Source: Polyangiales bacterium
Lineage (GTDB): Bacteria; Myxococcota_A; Polyangia; Polyangiales; Houyiibacteriaceae
Length of the DNA: 28,232 bases
Direction: 5' to 3'
NCBI GenBank assembly: GCA_045106895.1
Contig: JBGCFM010000164.1
Coordinates: forward strand, 1 to 28,232
The translations under genes and the position numbers were made by a program. The notes under the pieces were generated by a model, which was not told the origin of the DNA, made no database searches, and saw only the letters and a list, made by a program, of their open reading frames with translations. Shown piece after piece: positions 8,758 to 16,323 of this stretch (its first letter is position 1; every line of letters begins with the position of its first letter).

Positions 8758-9614
8758 CCCGAATCGTTATCGTCTTCGGAATCATCTGGCTGTCCGCTGA
8801 CGCCTTGGCCTGGTGTCAGCTCCGAACAAGGACAGGCGAGGTTACCCGTGCCGGTGAGTGCGCGACGGAGGGCGTTGCCCTGGCGTGGCAAGACCGATGC
8901 GTAAGCTACTCCGTGAACAGCGCCGACAGCCTCGACTTAGACCTTGAGACCATCCGGAGAATCTCCGCGGCGAGTTTCGCGAACTGGACGACCCAGGTGT
9001 GCGGCGACGCGCCCTTCCCGATTCAAATCCAGGAAGACGCCCCTCGCGCCTGTGTGCTCGCGCAACACCTCTCGGATGGGCCCAACGTTCACACCCTCAC
9101 CTTCGAAGAAAACTGGCCCGAGGATTTCGAAGAAAACGTCTACGCCATCACGTCGGTTTGGCACCGGGCCTCCGACGGCGCGATACTCGACGCAGATATG
9201 CTTGTGAACGAGAACAACGGGCCATTCGGCGAGTGCCCGGCCCGTGGCTGTCGCGCGGATGAAAACGGCATCACGACGGTGGACCTGGAGAGCGTCCTCA
9301 CCCACGAAATCGGACACTTCTTCGGACTCGGCCACTCACAGTTCGGGTTCGCCACGATGCACGCAAGCGCGCCGCGCGGCGAAACTGACAAACGAACCGT
9401 CAGTAGCGACGACATACAGGGCGTCTGCGCCATCTACCCCGTGGATGGTCCCGCCGCCGAATGCGACTTCACGCCCATTGGCGGTCTCGCTCGATTCTGC
9501 GAGCCACAGACGGGATGCGCTGTGCGTCCCGCTCCAAAGCAAGACGCGCCGGCCTTTGTGTGGCTGACCTTCCTCCTCGTCGTTGCGCTTCGACGAGGAC
9601 GCCGCGCGGCCTGA
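8754..9614 (+). CDS. Matrixin (M10)-family zinc metalloprotease with MYXO-CTERM-like sorting signal
   Basis: Metzincin motif HEIGHFFGLGH, Met-turn ATM, then DDIQGVCAIYP. The C-terminus TGCAVRP...AFVWLTFLLVVALRRGRRAA has Cys, a TM helix and an Arg cluster. Confidence 0.92.
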   Translation: MTRIVIVFGIIWLSADALAWCQLRTRTGEVTRAGECATEGVALAWQDRCVSYSVNSADSLDLDLETIRRISAASFANWTTQVCGDAPFPIQIQEDAPRACVLAQHLSDGPNVHTLTFEENWPEDFEENVYAITSVWHRASDGAILDADMLVNENNGPFGECPARGCRADENGITTVDLESVLTHEIGHFFGLGHSQFGFATMHASAPRGETDKRTVSSDDIQGVCAIYPVDGPAAECDFTPIGGLARFCEPQTGCAVRPAPKQDAPAFVWLTFLLVVALRRGRRAA

Positions 9615-9803
9615 CGCTTCGCGCGGCCTCTGCTCCGTTCTCTTAGTCTTAATTTCGCGAAGCCCAATCGGCCGGCTTGTTTGTGTCGTTGCCCCAAGCG
9701 ACGAAGAAGAAACAAGGTCTCTGCCATCGGCCGGGTCCATAAGACTTGAGCCGTTCTGACGCGACCCAAGGGCGAAGCGCCTATGCCGCTGTTCGAACGG
9801 AAC

Positions 9804-10926
9804 TGTGCAACCCGAGACATGGGTGACACTTCGTACCGAAGACATGGGTAACACTTTTAGTGGTTGATCATTGCTCCGAGGGAAGATTCGCGGAGCGTGG
9901 TGAAGCGGTTGAGAACACGTTGGCCTGGGTCGTAGTCGCCAAGGTCAACGCCAGCGAAGCCAATGCGCCACAAGCTGTTCGGCAGCTCAAGAACACCCAC
10001 GGGTTGGCCTTTGAGAGCCGAGGAAACATGAAAGGAATGACGGCCGAAGAGGCTGATGGCGCCGTAACGGTCCACAGTCTTCACATCGTCAGCTAGCGCA
10101 TAGTTGATCTCCGGAAGCGTGCCGTTGAAGCAGCGCCGACTGGCGCGGTAGACGTCCGCGGGCACCGCCATGTCCAGCGCTTCGTGAGGCCGAACGTAGT
10201 TGAAGGTGTGCATCCATTCGTTGAACTTCTCTTGTTGCGCAAGGAGGTGCCGTGCGGCGGGTCGAGCGGTTTCAAGCTTGAGCGTGCGGTGCATGCGTTC
10301 GTGACAACCGTTCTGCTGCGGCTTGCCGGGCTCGATGCGTTCGACGTGACTACCCAACCGCATCCATAGCGCCGCAAGCTTGCTCAGCCCCCAATAGCCC
10401 GCCGAAGCGAAAGGCACGCCGTTGTCGGTGCGTATGACGTCAGGGAGCCCGTGCTCCATAAATAGCAGACTGAAACACTCCAGTGCGCCTGCCTCCGCCG
10501 TGCTCGGTAGCGCCTCGCACGTCAGCACGAAACGAGAGTTTAGGTCCGTCGTTGTCAGTGGATAGCAGTGCTTCCCGTCACCGGTTCGGAACTGGCCTTT
10601 GAAGTCAGACGCCCACACGCAGTTCGGCGCGGTGGGTTTCGTGAGCCTCCCTCCCATCGCCATTGTCTTCTGACGTCGATGCGGTTCTCGAGCCCCCTCA
10701 CACGTTCCTTCTCAAAGCGCTCCTTGAACTTGTAGATCGTCTTCCGACTCACCTCGTACTCCCTGGCTAGGTCCGTCACTCGAACGCCTTCTCGGGGCTT
10801 CATCATCAGCTCCATTCGCATATCCGTCATGGTTCGTTCCTTCAGCGGCACGCTTCCTCCTCGCGTGCCTCGAAGTGTCACCCATGTCTCCGGTACGTTT
10901 TGTCACCTATGTGACCGGTCCGTACC
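9804..10926 (-). mobile_element. IS481-family insertion sequence, internally deleted (1123 bp)
   Basis: Left end starts TGT. Each end carries two GACATRGGTRACA-like boxes at 25-bp spacing (9816, 9841; 10875, 10900). A 20-bp perfect inverted match links 9814-9833 with 10871-10890. A 10-bp direct repeat CGAACGGAAC flanks it at 9794-9803 and 10927-10936. Confidence 0.88.
9857..10851 (-). pseudogene. IS481-family DDE transposase, split by an internal deletion and frameshift near 10680
   Basis: GTG start after GAGGAGG. N-terminal HTH (PLKERT...[24 protein letters not shown]) lies in one frame. The rve core (PNCVWASDFKGQF, IRTDNG, PGKPQQNGCHERMHRTLK, FNYVRPHEAL) lies in another. The intervening second HTH segment usual for this family is absent. 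Confidence 0.85.
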
Positions 10927-10930
10927 CGAA

Positions 10931-11038
10931 CGGAACGGGAACCGGAACCGGAACGGGAACGGGAACCGGAACGGGAACGGGAACGGGAACCGGAACCGGA
11001 ACGGGAACCGGAACCGGAACGGGAACCGGAACCGGAAC
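10931..11038. repeat. Hexanucleotide microsatellite (C/G)GGAAC x18
   Basis: 18 contiguous units with invariant GGAAC. The first-base series is C G C C G G C G G G C C G C C G C C. Confidence 0.97.
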
Positions 11039-11039
11039 G

Positions 11040-11065
11040 AAAAAAGGCCACCCGAGGGTGGCCTT
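11040..11065 (-). terminator. Rho-independent terminator of the OmpA-family gene
   Basis: AAGGCCACC-CGAG-GGTGGCCTT hairpin. The A6 at 11040-11045 reads as a U-tract on the minus strand, about 20 nt after the stop at 11086. Confidence 0.88.
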
Positions 11066-11085
11066 GATTCTCAGGAAGCTGAGCT

Positions 11086-13368
11086 CTACTCGGCTGCTTC
11101 GACGCGGGACTCGATGATGAACTGAACTCGTCGGTTACGCGCGCGATTGCTTGGCGTGATGTTCGGCACGAGAGGGTTCGTGTCGCCGTAGCCGCGAGCC
11201 TGGAGGCGCGTGGCCGCAACACCGTGGGCGACGAGCCAAGCGCGGACCGAGTCGGCTCGGTTTTGCGAGAGCGTCATGTTGGCAGCGCTTCGGCCACGGT
11301 TGTCCGTGTGACCCTGAATCTCGATGGCCGTGACGTCCGTGTTGCGGATGAGCACGTCGGCGATTTCAGTCATCAGCGGCTCCGAGGAGGGCAGGATGTC
11401 AGCGCTGTTCGTTGCGAAGTTGATCTGGCGACGAATCTGAATGTCGCGGTTTCGGACGCGGACCAAGGCACGCGCTGGGCGAGGGACCAAGGTGACCGTT
11501 GGGCTCACGGACTCGCGAGCGACGACGGTGACGGTGTCCGTCTTGATGAGGAAGTTCTCCGCATCGATGCGCACCTGGTAGGTGCCGGGCGGAAGGTCGG
11601 CAATGGTGAAGCGACCGTCAGGACCACTGGACACGGAGCGTGTCGCTGGGCCGCTGAGAGCCACCGTTGCACCACCAACGGCGCCGCCATCCGCGGAGCT
11701 CACCGTTCCGGTGACGCCGCCGACGCGTGGAAGCGCAACGAGCTCGCAGCGGACTTCCACCTCAAGCTCACCCTCTTCTGGGCGCTCGTCGGGGATCGTT
11801 GCTGCGCACTGACCTGGCGCGTATTCCGGATGTGTCAGCTCCATCGTGATCTGACCTGGGTCAAACGCGTACGTGGTGAAACGTCCATCGTCGCTGCTGA
11901 TCTGACTTGTGAGGTCCTGACCCTGGAAGGCGATCGTTGCGCCGGCGATGGCGGTGCCCGCACCCTGCTCGACGATCTGACCCTTGATGCGACCCTGAAG
12001 CGGCGGAGGAAGCTGGACTTCCACGCGGCGCTCAACCTCACGAACCTCAGGCTCGACGGGCTCGGGCTCCGCCGTGTCGTAGGCGTAGCTCATGCCGATG
12101 TAGATGTTGTAAGGCGCGTTGGGCGCGAGCTCGCGGACCAAGGTGCTGGTGCCGGTGAGGCCGATGTCAGCCGCGAGGAGAATCGAGAGGCCCTTCACCG
12201 GCGGCAGGATGCGCGTGCCGAGTGTGAGGGTCATCGGGTTGGCGCCGATGCCAGAGTCCGCGCGACAGTCGTCGACGCCTGGAGGCGGGCCGTCGGTCGT
12301 GGCTGGGTCGTACGCCAGGACGCAGTTGTAACCCTGTCGGTTGACGGGGATGCGCCACTGCCACTCGAGAAGTGGGTGAATGTAGAAGTCTTCCATCACG
12401 CGAAGTGGCGCTTCGAGGCCAAGGGCGATGTTGAAGAAGTCGGTCCGGTTGATGTTCAATGCGAAACGCTCGACGGGAGTCACGAGGTGCCGGCTCTCGT
12501 CTTCGAGGACAAGTGGGTCGGGCAGGTTGTTGTAACGAGCAGTCTCCGTGTCTTCGATAAGCTTGTTGGAGTTGTCGACCTCATATTGAAGGTTCAAGCG
12601 AGCAACAAAGGGCACGGGGTTGTCGAGACCTCGAAGGTCGGCTGTGACGTTGGCGCGAAGGCCGATGCCCGTGCTGGCGAGGACAAGTCCAATGTCGCCG
12701 ACGGTGTTGAGCAAGTTGAGACTGAAGTCACCACCGACGGCGAAGACGTCGCTGACGCGGTAGAAAGCCTTCACACCAAGCTGGGCGTCGCCGAGCGTCT
12801 GGAAGAGCGAAGGGTCACCCGTGTCGTTGGAGTTGGCGTAGCTTTGAATCGACGCCCAGATTTCCACCATCTCGTGGACCGTCCAACCAACGGAGAGCGA
12901 ACCACCAATGTGGTCGGCGTTGTCGTCGGGCTGAATGAAATCACTCGTGAAGAAAAACTCGGTGCCGAGCTGCACACGGAACGTTCCGACGGCGCCGCTG
13001 GCCGCGTCGACTACGTGAAGACCACCGACAGCACCCATGTAGGTGTTGTGCGCGCGGAAGAGCCGAGCACGAAGCTCTTCTGGCTCCGCCTCTTCTTCTT
13101 CCTCATCGTCCTCTTCGTCGTCGCTTGGTGGGACTTCGTCCTCCGCGTCGTCGAGGTCGTCCTCAAGGTCGTCGTCGAAAAGATCGTCGTCGTCGTCAAA
13201 GTCAGACGGCGCCTCTTCCGCAGGAGCCTCGACGGGGGTTTCCTCAGCCGGCTCTTCGAACTCGTCGCCGAATTCATCGTCGAACTGAGCTGCACCCGGA
13301 GCGGCAAAGCCACAGGCGAGAAAAGTAAGGAAGAGATAACGACGGGGATGGCGAAGAAGGGTTCGCAT
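11086..13368 (-). CDS. OmpA-family outer-membrane protein: acidic N-tract, putative beta-barrel, two carboxypeptidase-regulatory-like domains, C-terminal OmpA-C domain
   Basis: AGGAG RBS and a signal peptide. Alternating beta-strand pattern, then [11 protein letters not shown]...SDDGRF and [11 protein letters not shown]...[16 protein letters not shown]. OmpA-C motifs [33 protein letters not shown] and NRRV. Confidence 0.92.
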   Translation of the reverse strand: MRTLLRHPRRYLFLTFLACGFAAPGAAQFDDEFGDEFEEPAEETPVEAPAEEAPSDFDDDDDLFDDDLEDDLDDAEDEVPPSDDEEDDEEEEEAEPEELRARLFRAHNTYMGAVGGLHVVDAASGAVGTFRVQLGTEFFFTSDFIQPDDNADHIGGSLSVGWTVHEMVEIWASIQSYANSNDTGDPSLFQTLGDAQLGVKAFYRVSDVFAVGGDFSLNLLNTVGDIGLVLASTGIGLRANVTADLRGLDNPVPFVARLNLQYEVDNSNKLIEDTETARYNNLPDPLVLEDESRHLVTPVERFALNINRTDFFNIALGLEAPLRVMEDFYIHPLLEWQWRIPVNRQGYNCVLAYDPATTDGPPPGVDDCRADSGIGANPMTLTLGTRILPPVKGLSILLAADIGLTGTSTLVRELAPNAPYNIYIGMSYAYDTAEPEPVEPEVREVERRVEVQLPPPLQGRIKGQIVEQGAGTAIAGATIAFQGQDLTSQISSDDGRFTTYAFDPGQITMELTHPEYAPGQCAATIPDERPEEGELEVEVRCELVALPRVGGVTGTVSSADGGAVGGATVALSGPATRSVSSGPDGRFTIADLPPGTYQVRIDAENFLIKTDTVTVVARESVSPTVTLVPRPARALVRVRNRDIQIRRQINFATNSADILPSSEPLMTEIADVLIRNTDVTAIEIQGHTDNRGRSAANMTLSQNRADSVRAWLVAHGVAATRLQARGYGDTNPLVPNITPSNRARNRRVQFIIESRVEAAE

Positions 13369-13611
13369 TCCAAAAGCTCCTAGAACGTCCAAAGTAGCCC
13401 GGCCCCCAAATAACCAAGGGGCCGAATCGCACGTGTCATACAACGTGCAGGGCAAAAGGTAAATGATTCACGGGGCATCCGTGCCAATCTGAGACGCCAA
13501 GTGACGTCTCAGGAGGGGCCATGCAGGAACCGTTCCCGATATCCTCGCATCACCTATTTGGGTAAGCAGAGGGCGTTTTTGAATCTTCGGAGCCCTGTTT
13601 AGGGACCCCGC

Positions 13612-13932
13612 TTAGGGAGCCGCGACGTGAAGGGTCACGCGACCATCGGGTGGAATCATCGCGACGCGAGAGCTCGACTCACCCCCGCCGGCAGGCTGGA
13701 ACTGAACTCGGTAGCGACCGCCGGGGACCGCCTGAAGTCTGCAATCACCGTTTTGGGTCTGACAGCGATGGGTGGACCCGCCCTCCCCCGACACCGGGGT
13801 GATTTCTACGGTCCCGTCAGCCGGTGCACCCCCAGCCGTGCGAACTTGAACGATCACCAACGCGTCCGCGAGGGCTGGAATCGTGCAAAGACAGAGGAGT
13901 GCCGCGAGGGCGATTCGTAGGTGAGTACGCAT
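13612..13932 (-). CDS. Small secreted carboxypeptidase-regulatory-like (prealbumin-fold) domain protein
   Basis: Signal peptide MRTHLRIALAALLCLCTIPALA followed by VIVQVRTAGGAPADGTVEI...CQTQNGDCRLQAVPGGRYRV. Confidence 0.65.
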   Translation of the reverse strand: MRTHLRIALAALLCLCTIPALADALVIVQVRTAGGAPADGTVEITPVSGEGGSTHRCQTQNGDCRLQAVPGGRYRVQFQPAGGGESSSRVAMIPPDGRVTLHVAAP

Positions 13933-14112
13933 GAGGTGGTCGGCCGTGCCGTGGTGGAGAGACGGTGAAAGGCCGTGGCGATTCACCCTCGGGAGGATTT
14001 TGTACCACGAGTTGGTCGCCCTTTGCGATTCTGCTGCACTTCGCGGCAGAAACTTCTGCAACAGCGACGCTTTAGGGCGGACCCCTTCGATGCCTCATGG
14101 TAGGCGGAGCCT

Positions 14113-16308
14113 ATGCGTGTTGGCCTCTTTGCCGTCTTGATGGCCTGCTCCGCCGCGAGTGGCTCCCCTGTCCTCGTCGCTGAACATGAGGAGGACCCCC
14201 AAGAAGCGGTCAGCGAGGCGCCTCAGAGCGCCGTCGTCGTCCCGGAGGAGCCAGCGCCTCCCGCTGAACCCGCCCGCGTGGTGTTCCACGATCTGCTCGC
14301 TGACCGGGGAACTTCCTTCAGCCCCGAGGGAGGCCTTCGCGTGGACCTCGGGGGCCCCGCCGGCGCAGGAACCACCCTGGGCGGATGGGGCACGAACGTC
14401 GTCGAAGGCGTGGTCGACGACCAAGGCTGCGCCATCGCTCGCTCCACCGTGGCTCGCCTCATCGTTTCGACAGACGACTCCGAGAGCAGCCAAGAGCTAA
14501 GCGTTCGGCTTCGCAGCTTCGTGCCCACTCCCGTCACCGTGTACTGGGACGGCGAGGTACTGGGGCACATCGACGCGACCACCACGTTCGCGACCCAGTC
14601 GTTCACCCTCGAGTCAGACGCGCGCGCCGCCGGTGATCACCTTCTGATGTTTCGTTCACGGCGACGTGGCAGACATGAGGGCGAAAGAGCGAGCCTCGCC
14701 GTCGATTGGATCGAGCTCGAGGCGCCGGACGCGCGTCCAAGCTTCGAGCAGACCGAAGCGGGCCGCCACGCGAAGCTCGAAGCTGGCTGGAACTTGAGGG
14801 CAGATGCCTTGGTTCCAGAAGATGCCACGTTGGCGCTAAGCGGCGAAGGCGAGCTGCATGTTCGCGTCGAAGCAGACGGCATGAGCCCTTTCGAGCAGAC
14901 TGGAACGGCGGACATCGATCTCACCGCTTTTGCGTCGCGCGTTGTTCGTGTGTCGGTGCGGAGCGAAGGAGAGGGAAGCGTCAGCGCCCTGCAGATCGAA
15001 ACGAACCCACGTGATGTCCGCTCCCTCGGGCGCCCCCGTCACGTCTTGCTCATCCTCATCGACACCCTGCGCGCCGACAAGCTCTCGCCCTATGCGCCGG
15101 ACACCCGTGTTCAAACACCACAGCTCGCCGAGTTTGTCCGCGGCGCGACAACCTTCGGGCATGCGCACTCCCAAGAGAACTGGACCAAGCCGAGTGTGGC
15201 CACGCTGCTGACATCGTTGATGCCTTGGGAACACACCGCGACGCAGCACGAGTCTGTTCTTCCCAGGAGCGTCGAGATGCTCCCAGAGGTGTTGCAGGAC
15301 GAAGGTTTCCAGACGGCGTCGTTCATCTGCAACGGATTCGTCAGCGACCGCTTTGGTTTTCGCCAAGGCTGGGACAGCTACCGCAACTACATCCGCGAAG
15401 GGCGTCGAACCCGCTCACAATTCGTCGCCGCGGATGTTCTCGAGTGGCTCGATGGACGAGATGAGGAGAAGCCCTTCTTTCTCTACGTCCATACCATCGA
15501 CCCCCACGTTCCGTACCGGCCGCCCAATGAGATTCTCTCGCTCTATGGCGACGTCGACTACCGCGGACCGATCAACTTCCGGCGAGACTCGACGCTTCTC
15601 GAGAACGTGAAGCTCGGCAACCTCCGTCTAAACAACCGCGACCGCGCACACCTGCAGGCGCTCTACGATGGTGAGATCACCTACCACGACCGCCACTTCG
15701 GCTCGATCATCGATGGGCTGCGAAGTCGCGGGCTCCTCGACGACACGATGGTGGTGATCACCTCCGACCACGGCGAAGAGTTTTGGGACCACGGCAGCGT
15801 TGGACACGGGCACAGCGTGTACGAGGAGCTACTGCATGTACCTCTCTTCGTTCGTATGCCCGGCGACCTCCCGCAGCGTGTCGAGTCTCCGGTGGGGCTC
15901 ATCGATATCATGCCGACGATCCTTGAGGCCCTCGGCCAAGACGTTCCCGAGCGCCTCTCGGGCCGTTCTTTCTTAGGCGAACTCACAGGGCGCGAACGCG
16001 CGCGCGAACAAGGCGCGGGAGGAACCGTCAGCGGGTTCATGGAGAACTGGCGCGCGTTCTCGGTGGGTCGATGGAAGCTCATCGAAAGGCCACGCGGACG
16101 CTCAGCGATATACGACCTGCAAGAGGACCCAAGCGAGCAGAGCGCGATTCGCGACTACCCCATTACCCAGCGAGCGCTTCGGCGATGGATGGGCCAGCGC
16201 CTGGTCGAAACCGCGTCGCGCTCGCGTTCGAACGGCACGAGGCCACAGAACACACGAATCGATGCCGAAACCGCCGCTCAGCTCCGGGCGCTGGGCTACA
16301 TTCAGTAG
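14113..16308 (+). CDS. Sulfatase-like hydrolase/transferase lipoprotein (alkaline-phosphatase superfamily) with N-terminal beta-rich domains
   Basis: Lipobox LMAC. Motifs ILIDTLRAD, NWTKPSVATLLT, FFLYVHTIDPHVPY, LYDGEI, TSDHGEEF..HG..GHG and C-terminal QLRALGYI. Confidence 0.9.
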   Translation: MRVGLFAVLMACSAASGSPVLVAEHEEDPQEAVSEAPQSAVVVPEEPAPPAEPARVVFHDLLADRGTSFSPEGGLRVDLGGPAGAGTTLGGWGTNVVEGVVDDQGCAIARSTVARLIVSTDDSESSQELSVRLRSFVPTPVTVYWDGEVLGHIDATTTFATQSFTLESDARAAGDHLLMFRSRRRGRHEGERASLAVDWIELEAPDARPSFEQTEAGRHAKLEAGWNLRADALVPEDATLALSGEGELHVRVEADGMSPFEQTGTADIDLTAFASRVVRVSVRSEGEGSVSALQIETNPRDVRSLGRPRHVLLILIDTLRADKLSPYAPDTRVQTPQLAEFVRGATTFGHAHSQENWTKPSVATLLTSLMPWEHTATQHESVLPRSVEMLPEVLQDEGFQTASFICNGFVSDRFGFRQGWDSYRNYIREGRRTRSQFVAADVLEWLDGRDEEKPFFLYVHTIDPHVPYRPPNEILSLYGDVDYRGPINFRRDSTLLENVKLGNLRLNNRDRAHLQALYDGEITYHDRHFGSIIDGLRSRGLLDDTMVVITSDHGEEFWDHGSVGHGHSVYEELLHVPLFVRMPGDLPQRVESPVGLIDIMPTILEALGQDVPERLSGRSFLGELTGRERAREQGAGGTVSGFMENWRAFSVGRWKLIERPRGRSAIYDLQEDPSEQSAIRDYPITQRALRRWMGQRLVETASRSRSNGTRPQNTRIDAETAAQLRALGYIQ

Positions 16309-16323
16309 CCCACGAGCCGACGC

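Noticed and set aside
10670..10700. Programmed -1 frameshift as in the IS3 family
   Set aside because: No slippery A-run is present, and a domain segment is missing at the junction, which fits a deletion better.
10931..11038. Possible CRISPR or other spacer-bearing array
   Set aside because: The units are 6 bp with no unique spacers, and no cas genes are present in the window.
10829..11222. ORFs encoding (GT)n, (NG/NR)n or (SR/SG)n peptides
   Set aside because: They are translations of the SGGAAC microsatellite that cross the IS end and the terminator, with no independent sign of coding.
11224..13383. 719-aa plus-strand ORF, and similar long antisense ORFs (245-1003, 5807-6973, 16534-18048, 20837-21901, 23386-24951)
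   Set aside because: They are shadows of well-supported genes on the opposite strand. High-GC codon bias suppresses antisense stops, and they carry no recognisable motifs.
13470..13487. Sigma54 promoter upstream of the ompA-family gene (TTGGCACG on the minus strand)
   Set aside because: The -24 box is good, but the -12 position reads CCCCG rather than TTGC.
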